From: Phoronis australis
Taxonomy: Eukaryota > Animalia > Phoronida
Length of the DNA: 64,000 nt
Assembly: GCA_002633005.1 (NCBI GenBank)
Contig: NMRA01000263.1
Span: 265,389-329,388, forward strand
Direction: 5' to 3'
Every line of letters starts with the position of its first letter. The stretch's first letter is position 1. Below are positions 52,980 through 64,000 of the stretch, piece after piece. The translations under genes were made by a program, and so were the position numbers. A model generated the notes under the pieces. It saw nothing but the letters and a program-made list of their open reading frames with translations, was not told where the DNA came from and searched no databases.

Positions 52980-54420
52980 CTTGAAGTCCAAGTGAAACAA
53001 CTCTGTCACCTGAAGGGAAATATTTGGAACTGACTAAATGTTGAATGAACATGAATGAGTAAAGCTCCTGTCACACTAGACTGTGATCATGTCTTCACTA
53101 AGTAAAGTGCAAGATGTTGCTATCAACATTTTACAAGCATAGTGGACACAGGCTAGAGTGGGAAAGGGTCAACAGGACTACTCACGACTGCAAGAGCTTT
53201 GCAAAGCACAAAACAAGGGCAGAGGTTGTGCGACGACCCTACACTCTGCATAGAGCCATGTAATGATGTACAGAGGTTGTGCAACCACCCCACAGGGCCA
53301 TGTAATGATGAGCAACTCTCACGAGTTTGGAGGAAAATTTGAAAACTCTTTTCAAAGTCCGCTAAACGAGCAAGCTTTTAGCATATTACAAAGCAACTGT
53401 GGGACTAGACCAACCCCCAAGGACCACAACTTCCAATCTGTGACATAGGAAGTGTGCGTTCAATGATGCATTAGCAGGTGACAAAACAAGGATCATCAAA
53501 GCAGGGTTCAGTGTCGTTTTAAATTGATGATGCGAGCATATGACAAGATAAAATTTGACGATTTTGTTGAGGTTTTGAATGTACACCTGCACGCAAGTAA
53601 AAACTGCCCCAAACACAAAAAATGAGATCAGTAGAAAGTCTACTGATTTTAACTAGAAGTCTTGATACTGCACATAGACCAGTAGACACTAGTGCACTTT
53701 GAAAGCACTTAGACCAGGAGATACGGTAGTACACTTTGTAATCTCCCAACCTATAGCCAAAAGCCTAGTACAAGCATTGTTTTCATAAATTTCCCAATCT
53801 TGATGCTTGTATTCCATAAGGAAAAGACTTTTTATGCATTTGTAACATTGCAGACAATTGATATGAAACAGAAAGCAAAACAGAACTTCCAGAATCAACA
53901 ATAAATCTAACCCTATGAAGCTTTATGCTTGTCTCAGCGATTGTTGTAAAGAACAAGTTATAGCCAAGAGACAAACTTTTGTCACTATGCACTGACACAC
54001 AAATAAGCATCTCAATCTGGATGGAGGCTTAAAAATAGTCAGTAGCTGGGAATATACTTTTGAGAATTAAATTTGTAACTTATAAAAATAGCTTTTAATG
54101 GGACATTATCAGTTTTTATCACTGGAAAACAATTTTTTATCATTACTGGATGGGATAGACCTGTTGCAGTTATTAATTAGTTTTGATAAAAGCTATAACA
54201 CAGCAAACTCCAAACTGCAGGTACGGACAATTGAACCTCGCTACAACAACCCTGCCAGGAACTATCAGAGATTTTTGTCGTGACTGAGGCTCGCTGTAAC
54301 CAAATTAACTTTTTTGTGAATGTTGTATCCGTGTGTTGAAAAGGCATTTTGGATTAAAGAAAAATGGGTCTACTGAAATAGAACGTTATAGAAATGAACA
54401 AATGTTGTAAACATGGTTCT

Positions 54421-54577
54421 TAGCAACGCAATGCGACTGTAACCCCTAGTGTCTGGGTTCATAGAAACGCAATGCGCCTGTAATCCTTAGTGTCTGGGTT
54501 CATAGTAATGCAATGCGCCTGTAACCCCTAGTGTCTGGGTTCGTGGTAACGCAATGCGCCTGTAACCCCTAGTGTCT
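54421..54577. repeat. Minisatellite, 41-bp unit x ~4 (intronic)
   Basis: GCAATGCGCCTGTAACCCCTAGTGTCT recurs every 41 bp. Confidence 0.92.
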
Positions 54578-56941
54578 ATATCGTGTTTAACACTTAAGGC
54601 ATGCATCTACACATTCTCCAACAGTTAGTACTGACCACCAACCCACATGATCACATGAAGAATGTTTACTAGTACTGGCATAGCGCCTGTACAGATATTT
54701 ATAAAATGAGCCTTGGTATTTGTTTGACCATTACCACTTAAGACAAAATATATCACCAGGTGTACACATGCATATCTGCACACTAAAGTTGACCCTTGTA
54801 CAGCAAGTTATGTAAACAAGCAGGACAAGGGGTCACAAATAGTGAATAACAAGTCAACACAACAACCACAAATCAGCTGTTCAACTATTAACCCCATCAG
54901 CTGACATAACCACGCTGCTGGGGGTCCACCAAAGCTAGGCAATGTACATCAGTTCAAATACAGATGGCGAGTTTTTTACATTGAAGTGAACTAGATGGCT
55001 TGGAATCAATCTAGCATCTGATAACCTTGAAACTTTTCAGTCATGACAGCCAAACTTTACAACAAAGTTCTTTCACTGAATATCAGTTTTTACTTAAAAG
55101 TGTTCATATGCAGAGTTTATCCTCACAAAAAATGCTTTAAATGGAATTGTGCTAACACCTTATGATCAGAAAAAAGCAGTGATTTTCAAAATGAGTAAAA
55201 ATACCTTTCTACTGCAATACTACTCCCCAAAACAAACAAATAACAAGCCTCAGGTTATTAAGAACAACAATAATGTTTACAGACAAACACTTATTTACTT
55301 CCAACTCCTTAACAACTAACACTTAGATGACTTTGTACTACACTAATCAAAACAGTTGATTGGAATTTCTGTAAATTCATTAAGATAACGACTCCTTAGT
55401 ATAAACATGGGAGATTTTAGACAGCCAGAAATAAAAGGAGTAAAGGATTAAATTGAATATTGCACAGTCTAAAGACTCTTGTAATGTTCACATACTGGAT
55501 AAAATGTTAGCACTCTTGTAAACAGAAAAAAGCCCGTAATCACGTAATGTGAACAGCTGCAATGTTCACTTTTGCTGGCGTTTTCACAAACACTTTTGTT
55601 TCCAAACTGTTTGGTTCAAAGGATGTCATACATTCCTCGTGTTTTATCATTACAATGACAGAGTTAGTGTGTTGTGCAATTAATTTTTTATTTAGTGGTT
55701 GTTGCATCAACAGATCAGGTGAAGAATCAGTGTTCATGGATATGCCTTCAGTGAGACAACAGGTGGCACTCCAAATAATGACCAAGTCTAAGTAACTTCA
55801 GAACAGATTCTAAATGAAGGGTCGACATCATTCTATGAACACTGATGATCTCTATGACCGAGCTGATGCCAGTAAACATGAAGTTCACCAAGTACTTGGT
55901 ACTTGAGAGATATCAGTGCTATTACAGTATACTCAACAAAACACAATTCCAATACTGCCATCAACGACCCAGTCTCCTAACATTAACAACCTATACATAA
56001 AAATGTCACCAAGTTTGCATTTACAGTTATTTTGAGTGGAGAATATTTGAAAGTACAGTCATCATCTTGCATTGCATACATGTACCTGCATGTGTAATTC
56101 TGTCTAGTATGACTGTCTGAATCTAATGGTGTTTCAACTGAAAAATACTTGTTCAAACGTGTCTCTAATATTTAGTCTAATAAAATATCAAGAAGACCAC
56201 ACAGTCATCTTGGATACTGGTTGTTGAATCATAGCACTGGCTGGCAGAGACTCAGGGGTCTGTAAACAACTACAAAGTTACAATCACTCTACCTTTTTTT
56301 AATACAACCCTAAAATAGCTTTATGCCTACCTGAACAAACAAAGGAGTAACTGAACACCTCTGTATACAACCAGAATTTCTCATTCTCCTTTCAGATTTA
56401 CTGTAAAACTTCTTTAAACGCTCATCAAGGCAAAATTGTGAAGACTATGACCTTCGAAAGGTCACTACCTAACCTATATTTCACGAGCTTTTGTACACAC
56501 CTACAAATTCAGACCGTTGATTGGTCAGTGTCAGGTGACGTCAATAACCTTCCGAGAAGAGGGAAATGAAAGCAGTTTACCATAAACAAAACACCATACC
56601 TCGGTCGCAATGAGTTCACCACGGAACGAGTCACAAGGTGGCAATCAAACACATATCTCTTCTTACTTGTATAAATACAATTTAATCATAGACAGTACAT
56701 GGTCTTGTTTTCGATGCTGAACTGAGCCTCTTGTCGACAAATATCCGTCAACCAAACAAACAAACAAACAAGAGACAAGGGCAATAAGCTCAACAAAGAC
56801 TTGGTCTTGAAAGGATAACAAAGCTTAGCCATGACGATTCTTGTTTTATCGTCATTGAAAAATGTGATGTCTTACAGGATTTGAACCTAGCTCTAACTGA
56901 CAAATTAGTCACTGACTGCAGACAAAACTGCTAAAATTTAC

Positions 56942-57010
56942 CTTCGACATTCAAACAACGCCATCTTAGTTTTGCACCTCATCCAGAAATGCTTCTGTCA
57001 CGTGCTGCTC
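56942..57010 (-). promoter_or_regulatory. Probable promoter and first (5'UTR) exon of the KIAA1191-like gene
   Basis: Donor CGAAG|GTAAAT after 56942; YY1-type AAGATGGCG motif around 56964; E-box GTCACGTG at 56997-57004. It sits at the switch from CpG-poor (gene body) to CpG-rich sequence. Confidence 0.55.
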
Positions 57011-57261
57011 TCTATGGGAAAAATTTGAAACTATGTGTCTAGCATTGGCACAATAGCGTTGGTGTTGTGTCGGCCCACTTCTAAAACCATTACACAAAAA
57101 CCGTGCACGGCAATTCCGAGCACACTTCAATTTAATTCAAAATCAGGCTTTGAAGATATTTTGAGACTATTTTGTTGCGTTTGACGAAAATAAGGCCACG
57201 GTTTTGTTTCACTGATGTAAGTGGGCCGGGGGGGGGGAGCTCGGGAGACCTCGGGGGACTA

Positions 57262-57368
57262 GCACGAGCCCCCATTTGGCGAAGAGGGCAAAAAGGTCCG
57301 CATCAGAGAAAAAAAAAGTCCGAAAAAGTAGGAAACGAGACCAAAGTCAATTCATAGCTCTGAACGTA
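57262..57368 (+). mobile_element. Fragment of the CATGCGCGCACCC-TIR MITE family
   Basis: CCCCCATTTGGCGAAG.GGGCAAAAAGGTCCGC.TCAGAGAAA matches 15153-15200. Confidence 0.6.
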
Positions 57369-58012
57369 GTTATTGAAAAAATTGGAAGTTGAGAAGTTGA
57401 TATTTGTGAAGTTGTCCCTATTTGGTATTTGGCATTGAACGCTCCCTCCTCCAATCGTCACCTACTGCCGCCCCCTGACCCTTGACGCCAGTCATCATCA
57501 ATTTGTACTGCTCCCTAGCTTCGCCGCCGTCTGCCACCATGATCATAAAGCAGTCGTGAAATACACAAACGCGGGCTGGCCGGGATACACCACTAAGTTG
57601 AAATAACGGAACCTTTGGTTTTAATCGTTTTGAATGGTTTTAGTATGTTTTGGAAATGAAACTGGAAAAGATTTTACGAGTTTCCGTGAACTGTTTGAAA
57701 TTTTCCTCTAACGCTTTGAACTTTTTGAGATTTAATTGCTATTATTTCAGACTTCTGTGAGAAAAATGCCGGATTAAACATTTCAGCGATTATTGTTGAC
57801 GTAATGCATGGATACGCGGTTTGGAGATTTTCTGTATCCGGATTAAATACAGCTGCATCATGATTAGTCAAGCCCATAGGAAGGCAAAAATTATTGGCGG
57901 GGNNNNNCCCCCCCCCCCCCCCCATCGCCATCACCTCCGCCACCCCCCACCCCCGTGCTCCCAATGCCCCCATATTAGTAACTAATCTCACACGTCCGCC
58001 CTAGGTGGGGGG

Positions 58013-58169
58013 CAGTGGAGGATTAACGGGTGGTCAAGGGGCTATGGCCCCCTTAAAATTCTCCAGATTCCAGTTGGCAGTTCGGGGGTGCAAATTTCTG
58101 ATGGGTTAAACCCTGGCTAATAATCTGACCTACCCCCCAACTCAAAATCCTCAGCTGGATCCGCCCCTG
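58013..58169. mobile_element. ~157-bp hAT-like MITE; inverted second copy at 44247-44367
   Basis: TIRs CAGTGGAGGAT / ATCCGCCCCTG. The internal AAAATTCTCC.AGATTCCA...CCTGGCTAATA is the reverse complement of 44247-44315. Confidence 0.65.
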
Positions 58170-59196
58170 GGACAACCCCGGGGATGCAGCCAACAAGAGT
58201 TGAGTAACCGTGAACCAACACGGAAAGTAAGAATGGGCCTAGGACCAGTACACTAACCGGTAGCGAGGAGCTGTCTCAAATAGCTATAGCTGAGATCTAA
58301 CAGTGTGAAAATACAAAATTCCCGAGGAACGAAGCTAGCTGCTGGTCAGCTCAGCTGTCATTCACTTGAGACAAACAGCTTGTACCGCCGTCTGCGCTCG
58401 CTCTAAGGTCAAGATTCGTTTTATTGTGATCCAGTTTCAGGAAAGCGTTATTTTATTATGGTTATTCTTTGAAGGAGTTTTTTTTTTGAAAAGGTGAGGT
58501 CCCGAAGTCCCTGGTATAGTGCCTTTGGGGCCGTTTCAAAATGCCTTGTCGACTGAAACACGACCGGTAGTCCAGTTTCCGGTGGCTGGGGAAAACGATA
58601 GTGTGTCCCAAAAATGTACACACTTCCTGAACGCTTGGTGTTCAAATTCAGTTTCCGTGGATCACTGAGATTCTGCGCGGGCCTACTGCAGTTTTACACC
58701 TTATTTTTAACGTGGATACGTCAGTCATGACGTACACGGGAATCAGGACAAGAAATCAATTCAGTTTTGAACAAAAATTCGTTGATCAATACTACTGGAA
58801 ACTAAAAACATCAAGAAAGTGCAAAGACAACCTTTCCAAGCAATGAGATTAATTTTGTATTTTTAAAAGTTTTTTCTATCTACGGTTTGTGAGTTCGAAT
58901 TTCATCAATGTCTTTGAGAGTTATTTTAGATATGCAAAAATCGTCTATAGTTGTACTTTACTATTTGGCGATCGGATTATAGAGTTTTTCCAACTTCAGG
59001 CTGCAATTAAATTCAATGAAACATCATCAATTCTTCCAAGATTAGCTTCAAATTGTCAAAAATGATCTATGAATCTATCGGTTTTCGTAGATACATAAAC
59101 AAGTAAATCAGAAACCAACTAATTTGTTTATCAAAACGGAATGTTATAAGCAGACTTTTGACGGGTAACCTGGGGAACATGCGGCATTCGTATTAA

Positions 59197-59698
59197 GGTG
59201 TATTTTGTTCATTTCAGAGATACCTATAACGGTTCACGAGGTAAACTTGAACTCCAGTAAAAAAAAAAAAACGCTGAAATCTTTGTCTATGATTGCGAGA
59301 GTTCTTTGAGTACCCATTCGACATTTACACGGTCATCACAAATAGTAGCCTTGACAGCAGTGTTTTCCACCTGAGGAAATTCCTTACAAACAACTCATAG
59401 TAATCATCTTCAAAAGAGATACTATTCTTGTGAAACTACGGGAAACAGTAACATTATTTTATAACTAACCATCGGAAATAGACCTTTTGTGTAGTTCACA
59501 AATAGTGGCTTTCACGTTCTTCAAAACTCCACCCTTTCGATCGCGGTAATCCTACTGTATTTTTCACAGTTTTGGTTGGTTGGGTCGAATAGCTGTGCTA
59601 TGCACGAATGTTTTGCATTTTTTTGATGAATTTGGGACAAACGGACATTTCCTCCGAACTGCTTCCCCGAGAGAGGGTCCCGTCTGAAATGGGACACC
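59197..59698. mobile_element. Possible Kolobok-type non-autonomous element (TTAA target)
   Basis: TTAA|GGTGT....CATTTCAGA at the left and TCTGAAATGGGACACC|TTAA at the right. Other unpaired TTAA|AGGG ends occur at ~32561 and ~59950. Confidence 0.45.
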
Positions 59699-60811
59699 TT
59701 AAGATGATAAGCTAAACTTCGTTAAGCTTGGAAAAAGAGTGACAGTGCATTCCACCGTCGTGTGGTCACAAAACGATTCAGGAAGTGACCTCCTTCAACA
59801 TGAAAGCCGGTTGCACGATTTCACAAAAAACAGGAAAATACATGTAATCGATTCCAACATTGGGCCCTCTCTCCGTGAGCGGACCCTTAAGAATTTGTCA
59901 ATAAAAACACAAAAAGGTGTACACATGAATGTCATCAATGGCCTCCTTAAAGGGTAGGGCCCTTAAATATGAAAATATCTATATTTTCAAATATCAGGAA
60001 ATGCGCAGCAATTGATGTTATCTGTCACGTCATCAATTTTTCTCAAGTAATATACAGTTTCGAGGAAAAAATAAAGCAAAAGTTGTTTCTGTTATCCCTT
60101 GCCAGAGAGAGGCATCTGGAAAAATATAGTTTTGCATTCGCAAAATTGACTTATCGAATTTAAAACTCCATTAAATTAGTACGCTCCGCAAAAGCTTCGC
60201 TTTACAAATTTTCTCGATTTTTCGAAATATATGTATGATTGATTTCGTGCACGTTTTCAAGAGCGTTTAGACGACCTGTGCTGCAAAAGCGGAGACCCTA
60301 AAGACAATGTTCTGGCCAAGGTCATCAATAGGTAAACCATGCACTGATGCAGAGTTGTTAAATGTTCTCTTGAATTTTCTCTCTTATCCGTATTTCGCAG
60401 TCTTTCTTTACTCGACTGTCCACGGCCTCACGCCTATGTCGATTGCCACGGTTTAACCCTTACACCTGAAAATTTTTTGGAGGGCCCGAGCCCCCAGGCC
60501 CCCCCGCTTCCCACGGCCCTGTTAGTTTCGAAGTATAGTGTGAAATATATTTCATTTGATTTTCTTTTTTTTAATCCAAATGGAATTAATAACATCTGAT
60601 GGGCCAAACTCGGGTCCAGCAGCTTCGCGGTCAATAAATCAGGACTTTCTGTAAAAGACACCAACCGCTTTTTAGCGATTTAAGTTATTTACTGTTACAA
60701 AATTAACATTTTCTTACTTCTCAGTAAGTTTAGAGATCCAGACAAGTAGCTAATGTTTCAGATCAAGGCCATCAAGTTGTCACGGCGGGTACACATACAT
60801 GTACATAGAAG

Positions 60812-61766
60812 CATAGGAGCAGGCGATTTATTTCAACTGACCCGTTTACGAACAGCAAAAAAAGCCAAATTTACCAACAGAATTATTGAGAATGTGGACC
60901 TTTTACTAAAAAAAAAAACGGTCTACGTTCAGAGCTACAAATTGTGCGTTCGTTTTAAGTGTCAAATTCGGAACACGGCTCAATCGTAACGGAACTTTGG
61001 CTAAGGATAGTCTCTCCCGCGATATCCCAGGCGACCGGCAGTGGCGCTACGCACTACGACTCCGTTTCTGTCGTCTGCTTCACTGTGCAATAAAGAAAAA
61101 TACTTCATTTTTTAAAGAAAATGGAATCTGAGTGACGATGGAAAAACAGGAGCTGCTGGTAAGATGTGAATTTTAATCGAAGCCTTAGTGCATCGCTCAG
61201 AAACTCATAATTCTCTCTTTGTCAACCCTTAAGACGATTTCCAAAGCAATCGCGCCATTAATGCCAACACAAAATAACGGATTTGGTCTTTTTTCGGGCT
61301 ATTGAAGACTATTTTAAATACAGCAAATTTATTACGAACTGATTGCACAAAATATAAAACATTACAAAAAGAAGTAGGTTTCGCGCGCAAACGCTGTGGA
61401 CCATAAACAAGTAGGTCTCTTAGTATTAAATTACGAGTGAAATTCGTGGTTGTGTAGTGGTAAAGCACGCGCGCTCTAAACGCCAGGCCGTGAGTTCGAG
61501 TCTGAGGAAAAATGCAGTTTTTCAAGTTTGACAAGTTTTCCGTGTTTTTTATTTCTTTGCCTTTTTTCTTGGATAATACTTCAGGAATCTAGAAAAATGC
61601 TTGATTTGTAAAGGAAAAAACAGACAAATTCTCCTGGGCGGGAGGGGGGGCAAACCCCCCTTCCGACCTCCCCCCATTCGGTGCTATGTGCATCTACAAT
61701 CGTGCTTTGCGCAAATGTTTACAGACAAAATGTTGGTCCCCTTGTGATATCCTAGATCCGCCACTG
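60812..61766. mobile_element. hAT-like MITE (copy 2), same orientation as 26824-27833
   Basis: About 800 bp of colinear similarity to copy 1, with right TIR CCTAGATCCGCCACTG. The left end is uncertain. A short inverted terminal fragment of the same family lies at ~47360-47405. Confidence 0.7.
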
Positions 61767-64000
61767 CTAGCATTGATACAACGACGCGCGGGCACATTCA
61801 CGATTTTTATAAAATTACCTATTTGAGTAAAGTATTATGGGAAATTGTTTTCTCGAGGAAACGCAATGTTTAGGAGAAAAATTATTATTCATTACAGCGT
61901 GGTTGGTTACTGCGAGTTTGAAGTGACGGTATAACAAAGTATATAACATTATCATCACCAGGGTCGAGCTCCGTAGGCGCAAGAGAATGTGTGGTCACGT
62001 GGTTTGCTTGCTTCACGAGATATCGCTTTAAAAAGCGATATGTCGTGAAGACTTGTGTGATCTTGCGTTTTGGCGAGGTTCTCGCATTTACGGAACACAT
62101 ACTAGGTCTAGTCCGACCGGCGAGGTGTTACAAAGAAGCGATTATGTTGTTAGAATGTTGTTTCACACGACTATAACTTTAACTAAGTTAACAGTATGTA
62201 TGTTTAGATATCATTTAATTAAACACAATAAAAACATTTGCTGACAAAACAAGAAAAGCGCGCCTGTAGCGCCTAGGCACACCATCGATTCATTGCGCAT
62301 AAAGGCCCATTTAATGTTTATTAGCTTGTGTATTGTGTTGGTTCGCGAGACATAAACACAGTGTCTTGCGCCTGACTGCGAGCGCTGAATATGACTGCGA
62401 TAGGAGGTCACGTGACTAAGCCACGGTCGCTATGGTGGTTGCCAGTCGACGCTTTGTATGGGGCACGTTAGTGTGGATCGGGGTCGACTTTCTATGTAGT
62501 TGTAGAATAGCTCGCCCTGTCTCAAAGTCACACAGATAATTTCAGCATAGATCGAAAGACTAGACTCGTCGTCGTTTAGATTTCTCTAGGTTGTAGTTTA
62601 GAAAAGGCTGACGATGTCGGAAGAGGGATATGTCGTGCACGGAGGTAAGTTTCCAAAGTGGGGGATACAGGATTTCCACATCCAGTGAGCTATATATCGG
62701 TATACTACCAGTCTCCTCGTTATGAAATGGATTACTTACACTCACAATGTGTTAAGTCGGCCTAAGTATGTAGTCAGAAGCTCAGCTGAGTTAATACCCT
62801 AAAGTAAACTATTGATAGACAACAAGATATCACAATGCAGTAAGGATTGTTACCTAAGTAAATAAAGAATCAGCTGGTTTTTGTTTCGGCCTTGAAATTA
62901 ACACCATAGTGTCTCAATTGTATAGACTGGCGAAAGGTTGCAAACGTTTAATCGGAATGACTTCGAGTCCCTGGGGCGACCAGCAAGTCTACTAAGTTAA
63001 ACTGTAGTGTAACCATTCTTTACCCAAACGTCCCTAGCCTGGAGTGTTTACTGTCTGGCTCATTGGAAACACAAATTCTAGACTTATGGAAATACAAAGT
63101 CATGTTACTAAAGCATTAATACTCGAATCCCAAATAACGCCCAACATAAACCGAAGTGACATATCGCCTGATAACGTTATCTATATTACAGGTACCAAGA
63201 GGTGTTGAAATATAGACGATGCCTATAAATATTTCAGTAGCCAATAAAAAGTTCTTAGAACTCTGAATGAGCACGATGGCGACTATTAGTCATGGTATTC
63301 ATTCATTTCAGTAGCGATATTGATTTCACTAAGCTGAATTGTGAAATTTTAAAATGTATTTGAAACGCAAGTAAGAAAGTTAAACCGGCTATTAACCCTA
63401 CCTCCAGCATAGCTATTGAAGTTGGATTTTAACCACTCACTATTAGGAAATTGTTCTCAAATTGTTCATTAGTCATGATTTCAGTGTCTCGAATCAACCG
63501 ACAATTTGTTATTACTCGAGACCAAACTCTATAGCTTGGTTTGTCACGGCGCGTCATTTTATGTACCGAGTACGTTCTAAAGCAATAACCAACTGTCACA
63601 AAAAACTATCACATTTTTTTGCAAACCCAGAAACATGTTCCCATCTGAGTAAGGAACATGTTGTTTCAATTTTGTATGGCTCACTGGACTTAGTGTATGT
63701 CAAAAATTCGGATTTTCGGACGGAACGCGGGTTTATGTACGGTTTGAACTCTTTTTAGTTTTCAGGGAGGAAATCCCCGGGGGTACATGCATACATACTT
63801 GGGAAACATTCTAATTTGTTTCATATATCCCGAAAGTATACTTTGCGCCCATGCTCATGTTTGTGAGTGAGTGTGCTTTTAAAAATTCACAACGCTCCAG
63901 CAAATACAGCCCCCTTCTCAACAGTAAACAAGCTTTTGTGCCGTGACTAGTTTGGCAGAAAAAAGCGGTGAACTTGAAGAGGTTTTTACGAAATTCTATC

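Noticed and set aside
36780-62980. Other B-box-like sequences (~36815-36830 minus, ~56875-56890 minus, ~62960 plus) as tRNA genes
   Set aside because: No cloverleaf or acceptor stem; at best SINE relics.

Overview
This window is AT-rich, repeat-dense eukaryotic DNA that looks like an invertebrate animal, from a gapped assembly (N-runs at 8364-8775, 32815-33275 and 43448-44246, plus three small ones). It contains no prokaryotic operons, CRISPR arrays, rRNA genes or intact tRNA genes, and most ORF-track entries are spurious. Two genes are supported. One is a minus-strand spliced gene, CDS = complement(join(50624..51192,52748..52979)), 266 aa, resembling KIAA1191/p33MONOX, with a probable upstream exon ending at 56942. 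The other is a plus-strand gene with a single coding exon (45724-46287) encoding a four-TM CD20/MS4A-like protein. Bases 1 to ~25000 are CpG-depleted and look like intronic sequence of an unidentified minus-strand gene whose promoter and first exon lie at ~25430-26660; candidate alternative first exons sit near 14 kb. The rest is mobile and repetitive DNA: a 5'-truncated, decayed L1/Tx1-type LINE with poly(A) and TSD, an Academ-like element with two MITEs nested inside, a pogo/Tc1-like element, several MITE families, tRNA-derived SINE-like relics and about ten minisatellites. I found no convincing novel multi-gene system. The best oddities are a tandemly triplicated splice donor, a mobile tRNA-Gln-like module with a CTA (amber) anticodon loop inside a MITE, minisatellites built from transcription-factor motifs, and a visible mosaic-methylation footprint. 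All family assignments come from reading motifs by eye and from memory, not from database searches.
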